Assembly: GCF_036365525.1 (NCBI RefSeq)
Contig: NC_090387.1
Coordinates: 88,887,691 to 88,951,690, forward strand
Length of the DNA stretch: 64,000 bases
Direction of reading: 5' to 3'
DNA from: Heterodontus francisci
Taxonomy: Eukaryota
The notes beneath the pieces are model-generated. The model saw only the letters and a list, made by a program, of their open reading frames with translations, was not told the DNA's origin and did not search any database. Positions 26,887-38,874 of this stretch are shown piece by piece (position 1 is the first letter of the stretch; the number at the start of each line of letters is the position of its first letter). Made by a program: the position numbers and the translations under genes.

Positions 26887-27820
26887 AAAGAACAAAGAAC
26901 AAAGAAAATTACAGCACAGGAACAGGCCCTTCGGCCCTCCAAGCCTGCGCCGATCCAGATCCTCTATCTAAACATGTTGCCTATTTTCTACGGGTCTGTA
27001 TCTCTCTGCTTCCTGCCCATTCATTTATCTGTCTAGATACATCTTAAAAGACACTATCGTGCCCGTGTCTACCACCTCTGCTGGCAACGCATTCCAGGCA
27101 CCCACCACCCTCTGTGTAAAGAACTTTCCATGCATATCCCCTCTAAACTTTTCCCCTCTCACTTTGAACTCGTGACCCCTAGTAATTGAATCCCCCACTC
27201 TGGGAAAAAGCTTCTTGCTATCCACCCTGTCTATATGTTGGAGAATTTTCTGAGCTTTGCTAATTATTACTTAACTTTGTAGAAGCAGAAAAGCAGGACA
27301 CAGCTTGTAGCTAATCTAACCACAACCAACGGTCATAAATTGTAGACAGAGCAGATAACCACAATCAGACATTACGGCCAGATATGGTGTCTGGGGTGGG
27401 GATTGAATTAAGGAACTAGCTTGTTATTGTTGAAACTGATGTTTTGCTGACCTCGGACCCTGCATGGTGCACCGTTACGTAGGCAGTCTTGTGGGTGTTT
27501 ATCTAATTGTGAAACTGTTAGCTCTGCCTCTTTTATACTATATAAATCCACGGCGATCTGTAGCTCTTTGGGAGTAGCACTGAACCGCATTTAGGTAAGG
27601 TGTTATTCCCCATGATATCATGCAATAAAGGGTTTGATTCTCAACGTCTGAGTCCGGTGAATTTGTTCAACAATTGGGCACAATCTGGATTTTCTCCAAC
27701 ACTATACCTCTCATGATTTTGTACACCTCAATCAGGTCCCCCCTCAACCTCCGTCTTTCTAATGAAAATAATCCTAATCTACTCAACCTCTCTTCATAGC
27801 TAGCGCCCTCCATGCCAGGA
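26887..27820 (-). mobile_element. Young CR1 3' fragment split by a solo LTR
   Basis: Colinear with the copy at 21253-21720 on both sides of the 27236-27701 insert. Confidence 0.9.
27236..27701 (+). mobile_element. Solo LTR (466 bp)
   Basis: Ends TGTTGGAGAA...TTCTCCAACA (10-bp inverted termini, TG..CA). 5-bp TSD CTATA at 27231-27235 and 27702-27706. Internal TATATAAA near 27539 and AATAAA at 27624. Confidence 0.85.
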
Positions 27821-27824
27821 AATA

Positions 27825-28715
27825 TTCCCTGACTCTTGACACAGGGCTTCAGCCTGCTCCGCCCTTAAAGGAATTGAGACCGTAGCCGAGGTAACAGCGT
27901 CTGGGGTATCCATTGCCCACCCAGAATGACTGTTCTCAGATGTGGAACCACATTAACAGGTCGCTGTCCGTGAGATGGTATCTCCGGATAAATGCCGCCA
28001 TTATTATCATCACGCTCTGCCCCTAGACTTACCGTGCGCATTTACAGCCAAGACCGCAGTGTCGTGCTGCTTCAGCTGACCCTGTAGCTCATAGATCTTT
28101 AACTTACACGCAGAAGGCTCAGCTTCCTGTGTCGGCTGGCTAACCGTCATCTGGATGCCGCCTTGGCCGTCCTCCAAGTCTTGCTGAAGGTTTCGAACTT
28201 GGACCTCTAACATCTGAGGTCGGTCCTTTATTTGCGGGGTCCGCAGCGCTTGCGCATCTGTCACTGCAGTACTCGCCCTACATTTGTCAGTCGACCTTTG
28301 AAATCACTCAATTTGTCCTTTACCTTCAGGCGTTCTAATACCCACTTTCCTTTGCTTTGGTAAAACTTTTATTTAACTGCTTATTCTCTTCCTGGAACGT
28401 TTCCTCTCTCATATCACCGCGCTGTGTACACAAATGGGCCGCATACTGTAATAGACGCATTTTTTAAAAAAAATTAATCTTGCGCAGGTTAATCTGTTCC
28501 TGGATCCCAACAACTGCTCCTTTTCACGAATCCCGCACCCACCCCCCCCCCCCCACCCCCCCACCGCCACCCCCAACCCTTAGCCCTTAGCAACAAAACT
28601 GATGTAGGGGACACTGTGAAACCACCTTCTCAATTTCCCCTCGCCACCTCTCTTGGTTTCCTTTGCTAAATGGCAATTAGACTCGGCCCTCCCTGCACAT
28701 GTGATTTCTCTGAGG
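27825..28715 (-). mobile_element. Probable LTR-retrotransposon gag-like remnant
   Basis: Coiled-coil-like ORF 28010-28264 and a degenerate Cys/His knuckle-like stretch near 27920-27960. It seems to continue at 32370-32500 beyond the Tx1 insert. Confidence 0.35.
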
Positions 28716-28717
28716 GA

Positions 28718-31700
28718 TTTTTTTTTTATTACCAAAATATACTTCATTCATAAAATTCTGTAGAAATTACATTACCAGTTTCAAACAGCACCAAGTCGAA
28801 AAATACAAACAGTGCAAAGGAGGTCTGTTTGCTTCATTACAATCATGAGTTGCCTCACAAACCTTCCATTTCACATCTGTCATGCCAATTACATTTTAAC
28901 ATTTTACAGCAAATGAAAATTTTCCCGATACAGTTCGATGGGTTTCCCATGGATCCAGCCACTCAATTCAGCTTGAATGGGGGACCTTACACTGTGGTCT
29001 TTCCCCATTGAGCCTTTGCTGCGGCTGCCCCAAGCTTTAGTGCGTCCCTCAGCACATAGTCCTGGACCTTGGAATGTGCCAGTCTGCAATATTCGGTCGT
29101 GGACAACTATTTGCTCTGGAAGACCAGCACGTTTCGGGCAGACCAAAGGGTGGCTTTCACCCAATTGATAGTCCTCCAGCAGTAGTTGATGTTTGTCTCG
29201 GTGTGCATCCCTGGGAACAGCCCGTAGAGCACAGACTCCTGTGTTGCAGAGCTGCTTGGGATGAACCTCGACAAAAACCACTGCATCTCTTTCCACACTG
29301 CTTTGCAAAAACACATTCCAGGAGGAGGTGGGCAACTGCCTCTTCCCCACCACAGCCACTGCAGGGGAATTTCGCAGAGGGGGCGAGACTTCGGGCATGC
29401 AGGAAGGATCTGACGGGGAGGGCTCTTCTCACCACCAGCCAAGCTACGTCTTGGTGCTTGTTTGAAAGTTCTGGTGATGAGGCATTCCGCCAAATGACTT
29501 TGGCGGTCTGCTCAGGGAACCATCTGACAGGATCCACCGTCTCCTTTTCCCGTAAGGCCTTGAGGACATTCCCTGCAGACCACTGCCTGATGGATCGGGG
29601 GTCAAAGGTGTTTTCCCGCAGAAAATGCTCCACGAAGGATAGGTGGTATGGCACGGTCCAGCTGCATGGAGCATTCCGCGGCAATGTGAGCAGGCCCATC
29701 ATTCACAACACCGGAGACAGATAGAACCTCATCACGTAGTGAGACTTGGAGTTTGTGTACTGGTGGTCGACACACAGCTTGATGCAGCCGCACACGAAAG
29801 TGGTCATCAGGATGAGGGCCACGTTGGGTACATTTTTCCCTCCCTTATCCAGAGATTTGAACATCATGTCCCTCCGGACCCGGTCCATTTTGGATCCCCA
29901 GATGAAGCGGAAAATGGCTCGGGTGACTGCCACAGCGCAGGAGTGGGGTATGGACCAGACATGAGCCACATACAGCAACAACGTGAGCGCCTCGCACCTG
30001 ATGAGCAGGCTCTTACCCACAATAGAGAGAGATCGCTGCCCCCACATGCTCAACTTTTGTTGTACCTTGGCTACTCGCTCCTCCCAGGTTTTGGTGCACG
30101 CTCCAGCCCTTCAGAACCATATCCCCAGCACCTTCAGGTAGTCTGACCTGACGGTAAAGGGGACAAAGGATCGGTCAGCCCAGTTCCCAAAGAACATGGC
30201 CTTGCTCTTGCCGTGGTTAACTTTGGCTCCCGAGGCCAGTTCGAACTGGTCACAGATGCTCATCAGTCTGTGCACGGACAGCGGATCCGAGCAGAAGACG
30301 GCGACGTCATCCATCTACAGAGAGGTTTTAACCTGAGTGCCTCCACTGCCTGGGATTGTCACCCCTCTTATGCTCGCATCCTTATAATAGACTCCGCAAA
30401 GGGTTCAATACAGCAAGCAAACAAGACTGGGGAGAGAGGACAGCTCTGTCTGACTCCAGATTGGATCTGGAAACATTCCGATTCCCACCCATTGATTGAG
30501 ACTGCCTTACTGATGTTTGCGTAGAGCAGTTTGATCCAATTGCAGATTCCCTCTCCAAACCCCATTTTGGAAAGCACGTCCATCATGTAGGTGTGCGATA
30601 TCCCATCAAAAGCCTTCTCCTGGTCCAGGCTGATGAGGCAGGTGTCCACCCTCCTGTCCCATACATAGGCGATCGTATCCCTGAGTAGCGCGAGACTATC
30701 AGAGATCTTTCTGCTGGGTACAGTGCAGGTCTGATCAGGGTGTATCACCAACTCCAGAGAAGACTTGACTCAACTGGCTATTACTTTGGACAGAATCTTG
30801 TAGTCAATATTAAGCAGTGAGATGGGCAGCCAATTTCTGATTTCAGCCCTCTCCCCCTTCCGCTTGTAGATAAAGGTGATGATGCCTTTCCTCATGGATT
30901 CTGGCATGTTGCAGGCCAGGAGCATACTCACGTATACTTCCAGCAGGTCCGGGCCGACCCAGTCCCACAGGGTCGAATACAACTCGACCGGTAAGCCATC
31001 GCATCCGGGAGTTTTACTCATCTTGTAGGACTCAACGGACTTTGTCAGCTCATCCAGAGTTAGCGGCTTGTCCAGTCTCCGCCTCGTGCTGTCATCTAAG
31101 ACCTCTGTGATAGATGACAGGAAGGACTGGGAGGCTCTGCTCATACAGCCCAGCATAAAAGGATTTGCTGATCCTTAGTATGTCAGCCTGCGAAGACGTT
31201 ACCGAGCCATCCTCTTTCTTCAGGCTGCTGATAACAGAACTCTCTCTGTGTACATTTTGGAAGAAGTAACGCTAGCACGTCTCATCCTGCTCGATGGAGC
31301 GGACTCTGGACCGGAAGATGATATTGGAGGCTTCAGTGGCAAAGAGCGAGACCTGCTGGCTCTTCACCTCTTGGAGGTCCTCCTTGACCTCGACCCCCAT
31401 AACTGTAGCCGGAGCAGATTTTGCATACTTTTCTGGAGTCGGGACATTTCCCTCTGTCTCTCTCTCGCTCTTTGAACACCTTTTTGGATGAAGAACCTCT
31501 TGATATTCTCCTTGATCGCTTCCCACCAGTGAACTGGAGACTCAAAGAGGGGTTTCACGGTCCTCCAACCTTTGTAATCCTTTTTGAGTTCCTCAACGTT
31601 CTCTGGGGTCAGCAGTGTAGCATTGAGCTTCCACGTCCCTCTGCCAACCCGCTGGTCGTCCTGTAAGTGACAGTCGGCCAATAAGAGGCAGTGGTTGGAG

Positions 31701-32369
31701 AAGAACACCGGCTTGATATCGGTGGATCGGACTACTTTTTATTTACTCACCTATCCTGGAACGGACCGACCCATCCGATCTTGACTATGTGTATCTGCAC
31801 TGCGCTCTGTCAGCAGGTTTGCTGCAGACGTCGTGCAGTTTGGCATCTTTAACTGTTTCTATTAGGAATCTGGACGTAGCGTCCAGTTTGCTATCGTCTC
31901 TGCCGGATCGTCCAGCCGCATCATTGATGCAGTTGAAGTCACCGCCTAGGATGACCGGCCTGGACGTCAGCAGCAGCAGTGGAGCTGCTGGAAGATGGTG
32001 AGCCGCTCGCTGCGTTGTACCTGGGCGTACACGTTGATCAACCAGAGTGGAGCATTGTTGTACATTACGTCTGCTACGAGGAGGCGACCGCCCACCACCT
32101 CCCTAACTTCAGGGATGGTGAAATTACCTCCCCGCAGCTGAATACCCAGGCCGGAGAAACGGCAATCATTACCCCCTGACTTGATCGATGGTTCGTGGGA
32201 CCACCATCGCGACCAGTGCCTGTAGGTGCTGAGGTGTGGTATTCCACACTCCTGCAGAAACAGTAGGTCGGTTTTGACCTTGGCGAGGTAATCCAAGGTT
32301 GAAACACATCGCGTAGTGGATTTAATGCTACGTACATTCATGGAAGCAATTCTTACACCCATTTTTTTT
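28718..32369 (-). mobile_element. Tx1-clade (L1 group) LINE, ORF2 only, frameshifted
   Basis: MGVRIASMNVRS..FLQEC (APE), KTPGCDGLPVELY, PISLLNIDYKIL, LDQEKAFD, GVRQSCPLSP, MDDV (RT), and a C-terminal C..CGGEE..AHLLLEC zinc knuckle. Poly(A) tail at 28718-28727. Confidence 0.88.
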
Positions 32370-32933
32370 AAAGTTAGTTGTTGCTTCCCAGACCATTTAG
32401 GGATAACTTCACTTTGGAGAAAATTATCCAAAAAATCCTCCCCTGTTATTTTTTGCCGGAATGGCCCCAACTCGCAATCCAGCACAAACACTCACAACAC
32501 TGCCATACTAGTTTTTATTTACTCACCTATCTGGTCGTCATTTCTTACTAGTAATTTGGTTATATAGCTAAACTATAACTTTAACTACCACTGTAGTTGT
32601 CGTAATAACATTTCTTAAGATCTAGTGTAAAGTTAGTAGCTTGATTTTAAATTAGTTGTTAATTACGCTGATTATTTATGTAACTCATTATATACATGTG
32701 AATTAGAAGAAAGGCTGACTATAGTAAATTAAATGACCGCAATTGTTGACAACGCGATCGGTAGGTGGCGCTGTTTTGGCACATGCGCAGATACAGCATG
32801 TGCCACGAAAACGTCACAGCCTGCGACTGTTGCAGCTGCCAGGACTAAAGATGGCGCTGCTCAAAAAATCACAGAGATGAAACCTAACAAACACGTGGCA
32901 GAAATCAATGGCCGGAGTGAGAGAGTGGAGCGG

Positions 32934-33038
32934 GCCGGGGAGAGCAGCGCGGGGGCCGGGGAGATCAGCGCGGGGGCCGGGGAGATCAGCGCGGGGGCCG
33001 GGGACAGCAGCGCGGGGGCCGGGGAGAGCAGCGCGGGG
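32934..33038. repeat. GC-rich minisatellite, 5 x 21 bp
   Basis: Unit GCCGGGGAGA(G/T)CAGCGCGGGG repeated five times. Confidence 0.9.
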
Positions 33039-33059
33039 AAACCAGCGGTAGCAGTGCCG

Positions 33060-33497
33060 GGGAGGGGGGGGGAGAAAGAGGGAGGGGAGGAGAAAGAGGG
33101 AGAGAAAGAGGGAGGGGAGAGGGGGAGAAAGAGGGAGGGGAGAGGGGGAGAAAGAAGGAGGGGAGAGGGGGAGAAAGAAGGAGGGGAGAGGGGGAGAAAG
33201 AGGGAGAGGTCAGGAAGGGGGGAGGGGGAGAAAGAGGGAGGGGGAGAAAGAGGGAGAGGGAGGGGGGAGAAAGAGGGAGAGGGAGGGGGAGGAGAAAGAG
33301 GGAGAGGGAGGGGGGAGAGAGAGGGAGGGGGGAGAAAGAGGGAGAGGGGAGAAAGAGGGAGAGGGGGAGAAAGAGGGAGAGAAAGGGGGAGGGGGAGAGA
33401 AAGGGAGAGGGGGGTGAAAGAGGGAGAGGGAGGGGTAAGGAAGGGGGAGGGGGAGAGCTGGGGAGAGAGGGAGGAAGGGGAGAGAGTGGGGGGGGGA
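33060..33497. repeat. Polypurine (G/A) low-complexity tract
   Basis: About 440 bp almost entirely G/A, with GGGGGAGAAAGAGGGA-like units. Confidence 0.9.
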
Positions 33498-34239
33498 GCA
33501 GCGGAACGGAAGAGGAGCACCTTTATCTGTGCATGCGCCATAAACACAACAGCAAAAGACTTACTGGCCAGTCCCTGGACCCGGTGACACCAAGGTCTTC
33601 GCACGCTCGCTCCCCCCGGCTCTCTACGGCCTCTCGCTTCCGGCCCTCTCCATTCAGCCGTTCCCTCCAGCTGCGGATGCCCAATCCAGTTGCTTTCTCC
33701 CCTACCCAGTTGCTTTCTCTACTTCTCCTCAGTACTTCAGGCATTGCAACTGTTTGGTCCCTGCATTTTGCATGCTCCCTCTCCCCACCCCTCCCCGCAC
33801 TCCCCACCCCTCCCCCTCTTCAAACACCCCTCCCTCTACCCCCCCCCCCCCCCCCCCCACCATAGTTGAATATCTGAAGTGCAGTTGCAAAGTCGGGGAA
33901 ATAGCATGCAAAACAAAACCTCAACAATTCTGGGTTTAATTATTGAAAAGTTTTATTAAGTTCATTAAGTATCCGAGGAACTGCTGTGCATGGATACATG
34001 AGTGTTGTGTCCAGCATTCCCGTTAGACAGACAGGCCGATTCTCTGCTATGCACAGCTAAAGAGATTGTTCCTGGAGAGCCTTGTGGTGAATAAACGCTT
34101 GGCTCTCTATTCCACTACTGTATTGTCCATGTGAAGAAGGCAAAGTCACAAGAGTCTGTGCATGTGCGCACCGCGGCGCATCCTGATGACGTTCTCCGAT
34201 GAAGTAGCGTTGTCATGAATTACTTTGTACTTCATAACA

Positions 34240-35930
34240 TTGCCAGTGCTGTCACTGAACTGCAACAGCTTAGCTAACGGTGCGACTAGTTCTCAAGAAC
34301 TAATCTTCAATGCGAAAGCGGGGATGTTGTCAGAGCCCAGAGCCTTTGATGCCTCCAGCGACTTCAGCCTTTTCTTGAAATCAAGTGGAGTTAACTAAAT
34401 TGGCTGAAAGCGGACATCTGTGATGCTGGAGAACAACATAGATCATCACTGGGCACTTCCAATTGAAGATGATTGTAAATGCTTCAACCTTGTCTTTTGC
34501 ACTGACGTGCTCCCATTAAGAATGGGGATGTTTGTGGCGCCTCCTTCTCTGAATAGGTGTTTAATGGCCAACGCCATTCACCACTGGAGGCGAAAGGACT
34601 GTAAAGCTTTGACCTGATTCATTTGTGTTGGATCACTTAGCTCTGGCAATAGAATGTTGCTTCCGCTGTTTAGCATGCGCATAGTCCCGTGCCCTAGCTG
34701 CGCCAGGTTGCATCCCAGTTTAAATATGTCTGGTGTTGCTCCTGGCATGCTCTTCTACATTTTTTTTGATTGAACCAGGAATGGTCACCTGACTTGATGG
34801 CAATGATCGACTGAGGAGTATACCAGTCCATGATGTTACAGATTGCGATTGCATACAATTCCAGTGTTGCTGTTGGCCCACAGTGCCTACTGGATGCCAA
34901 GTTGTAAGCTGTTAGATCTGTTTACCAGGTGGTAATGTCACTCAACACGACGCAAAGTATCCTCAGTGTGAAGATGGGACTTTGGCTCCACGAGGACTGT
35001 GCGATAGTCACTCCTAACAAGTCTTACATTGACAAATGCATCTACAAGTGGATTGGTGAGGACAAGTTCAAATACGTTTCTCCCTCACCACCTGCTGCAG
35101 GCCATGTCTAGCATATATTTCCTTCAGACCTCGGCCTGCAGTGGTTCTAAAGAGCAGCTCTTCATGCTGGACATTGAAGTCCTTGCTCCAAATGGTGTTA
35201 AACATGGAGGAGCACTTATTCATTAGCTGAAGGACGGCGCTAGGTGGTATTCATCAGGAGGTTTCCTTGTCCAGATTTGACCTGATGCCATGAGTCAATG
35301 TTGAGAACCCACAGGTCACCTCCTCCCGAGTGTATACCTCTGTGCCAGCACCTCTGGTAGGTATGGCCTGACAATGGAACAAGACATAACCAGATATGGA
35401 GACGGAGAAGTCTGGGACAATAGCTGTAAGGTATGATTCAGTCTGTATGACTGTGTCAGGTGGTTGCCTTATTAGTCCGTGCCAACCCTCCCAATGTTGG
35501 CACAAACCACCAGAAGTTAATGAGCTGGAACCTGTAGGGTCCACTGGGCAGGTTGCGCTGCTGTGATTTCTGGGCCCTCGGTCGCTGCCAGGTGGTCCAT
35601 CGCTTTTGTCTTCATTTAACTTTTCTGTAGTGGTGCAATTGAGAGGCTGTTTAGGCATTTCATAGGGCAATTAAGAGTCAATCACTTTGCTTTGAGTCTG
35701 GAGTTATACGGCAACCAGACTTGGGCTGGACGGCAGATTTCCGTTCCTGAAGGGCATGGATGGACCAGATGGGGTTTTGCAGCAATCCGGTAATTCGACT
35801 ATTTTTCTTTTCTTTTATATATTCCAGATTTATTAATTAATTGATTAAAATGATTTGAACTCATGATCCCAGGCCATTAGATGAGGCTTCTGGATGACTT
35901 GCCGAGCAGCATTACCGCTATGCTACCGTC
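34240..35930 (-). mobile_element. LINE family B, older copy (tRNA-like head and APE region)
   Basis: Colinear with 14850-16650. ORF 35254-35670 contains QPPDTVIQTESYL..SGYVLFH. Confidence 0.75.
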
Positions 35931-36431
35931 TTCCTCCTACTTACACAATACTTAATCGTGAATTGCCCCTTCGATTCAATTTTTATAAAATTGATGTAAA
36001 CCATTCATCAACAGGATAGTGTTTTCACAGTGAGATTTGCATTTTATCTGTGCTCTTAAGACAAAATTTTAAATTATTCAACTTTAGACTGGCATCGCAA
36101 ATCGGGACTGCCGTTGGAACAGTCAGACTCACCTGCCAGCCAGGTCGGCTAAAAGCAAGAGTTCGCAATGTCGGGGCTAACGGAGCGGAATGTCTATCTA
36201 TCTGATTTAATGGTCGTTACCGCTTCATTAACTCCAATTTCAAGTCGCTGCAATCAGCCACAATAAAGGAAAAGCAAACTTCCAATTTTTGCAGGCATGC
36301 TAGTTCTAAGTATCGAGTGCAGATTCACCAAACCGGCAATTAAAACATTTGATAAGAAACCATCACTGCCCATGTTATAAATCTGCTGACTGGTAAAAAA
36401 CAGAATATAACACTATATCTAAATATTCCAG

Positions 36432-36575
36432 ATTCCCCAAATGGAAGCTAAAGAAGGACTGATCTACTGTGCTCTAGATTTCGTCGGTCAGAAGAAAGGT
36501 CCCAGACCTACGCGGCACGAAGACACCTTAGTATATGTCCACGTGCAGTTCAAGAAACAGAACAGCATGCTCTGA
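36432..36575 (+). CDS. Terminal cytoplasmic exon with two ITIM-like motifs (probably the last exon of receptor gene 1 or a relic of it)
   Basis: Acceptor TTCCAG|, phase 0: IPQMEAKEGLIYCALDFVGQKKGPRPTRHEDTLVYVHVQFKKQNSML*. LIYCAL and LVYVHV fit (I/V/L/S)xYxx(L/V). AATAAA follows at 36808 and 36896. Confidence 0.7.
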   Translation: MPQMEAKEGLIYCALDFVGQKKGPRPTRHEDTLVYVHVQFKKQNSML

Positions 36576-38874
36576 ACCCAAGGCCATGTAAGAAAATTAA
36601 GGCGTCAATAGAATCTTCTCCTCATCAAGTCACTTCATCGAGAGCTTCGGTCTCGGGCTATGAAGAATTTTTGGTCTATTGCATTTTTCTGCTTCCGTGC
36701 TTCACAAAAATGTTTTATCCGATGTAAAAGATATTTGTAAATACCCACGATGTTCGTAAAAGTTCATGTAGCATGTGCACACCAGACCGTCTGCTGTCGA
36801 ATCTGAAAATAAAGGTTCTCAAGTTCGACCAGGGAACATAATCAGATGTTATTCTTAGTCTTGGAATGCGTCTCAACATTGTCAGAACTAAGTTAAATAA
36901 AAGGCTAAAATGTTAAGTATTTTCTGAATACGTTGACAATCTTTGCACTTATATTCGAACGGTACCCTGTATAGCTGTGCGAAAAATATTTCTCATTTAC
37001 TGAATTGCTCCAATAAAAAAAAAGAAATACAAAAGCTTTGCTGAAACTAAAGTGCTCTCAATTAGAAACGTAACCTTGACTGAAGTATTCAAACATTGGA
37101 ATTCTCGTCAAACATGACTGAATTACACAATTAAGTAACTCGTCGGACAGCTTCCTTTGGAGCTGCGATCAGTTTTGTCGTAATACGGCTGTTCGATTTG
37201 TCTTCAACGTCAGCTTTCCCTGACATTCTCACATTCCGCGTTTATCATAAAGGTTTCTATTTTCAACGTAATTTATTGCAGGGACCATTCTGCAAACGTG
37301 CTCGCATATAATTCTATTCCCTAACGATGGCTGGAACTGTGTTTCTACATAATGTGTGTTTATGACTGTTTGCTTTACATTATACATCGTTCAATCACAG
37401 TACTGCAAAAAGAAAATCGCTATTCGGTATTGCCAGAATTAATGAACAGTCATCATTACTATGGTGGCTATGCTTTCCCAGCATTGAACATTCAATGGAG
37501 AAAGGACAATGAATGTGCTAAATATTAACTTTCACCTGATTGACCTTAACTCTAGCCCAAGACATGACTCTCCTTACGCAAGGTACCTGATATTCATGAG
37601 GGTCATGTTGATGGGGGCCCAGGGTATGACGATCGGGACTTGGGAAGGCCAGGGAAAGGGAGGCCCGAGGTTTTATTGCATGGCCCTGAGCAGCACTTCT
37701 CCACCCCCTCCCCCCACCCCCCAGTACCTCAACAAAACTTAAAATGACTGTGAGCTTACTTGCCCTCTTCTGTCCCTCAAAGCTGTCATCCGAACCTGAT
37801 TTGCATATTTAAAGTGAAGGCTCACACTCGAGTCGACAATACTCTAACAGAAATATACGAAGAAGGATGATAATTTCCATTGTGTTATATGAGGTTATAG
37901 TATAATTGTTTAGATCCTTCCCCTTATGAATTATAATTTATGTTAACGAGGAAGTTGACAGTTTCGTTGCTGTTGTATTGCGTTTCAGCATTAAATTTCA
38001 ATGTATAATGTACTCAGTGAATTATTCGGCGTCGTCGGTTTCGGAAGTGACAAAGGCATGGATGAGGGTTTCAGAAGCGGATGGTCTCAGGTAGATGTAG
38101 AGATGGTTCACATAACACTTAATAAATGTGGTATTTGTTTAACTGGCATCAGTGAAGCTCGATCTCATGCCCAGCACACAAGCAAACGAGAAGTCAAAAA
38201 ATGGACTGCCGAGAGTTGGCTATATGCTAATCATTCTAATCATATGGTAGGACCAATCCTACTTGGGATGTGCATCGCGAGCCAAAGTCCATGCCGGATT
38301 TTTGTCATGAACAATTTTTGAGGCCTATAACAACCTAGGTAGCCAATAACTTTCCATCCAGTCGACAACTCTGCAGCCCTCAATTTACACAACTATTCTA
38401 TCGGCTCTAATTTGATGTGCCAGTCTCGAGCAAATCTTTCACTGCCGTGTATCATGATTGTTCCCCTTAGCACGCTGCTCACCTTTGCACCGTCAAGTGA
38501 AAAAGACTTAGACTTAAGCGCACCTGGCACCCGACTGACATGGACATCCATCACCAGGTCCCCCAAATGTTATGCTCCATCCGCCTGCAAAGAAGGCCAA
38601 CATTCCATTTACCTTCTTAATTACTTGTTGTACCTGCATGCTAATTGTTATGACTCTTGAACGAGGACACCTAGATCCCTCTGTAACGCAGCATTCTGTA
38701 GTCCCTCTCCATGTAGATAATATTCTGTTTTGATATTCTTCCTGCCAAAGTGGATAACCTCACATTTTTCCACATCATCCTCCCACTACCTATTTTTTGT
38801 CCATTCACTTAACCTATTTATATATCTTTGCAGATACGTGTGCCTTCCTCATAACTTGCTTTCTTCGCTATCAT

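Noticed and set aside
32934-33038. Short direct-repeat array as CRISPR-like
   Set aside because: The tandem units have no unique spacers and the context is eukaryotic.
32733-33604. Long ORFs of 284 aa (+) and 247 aa (-)
   Set aside because: They are artefacts of the stop-free minisatellite and G/A low-complexity tract.
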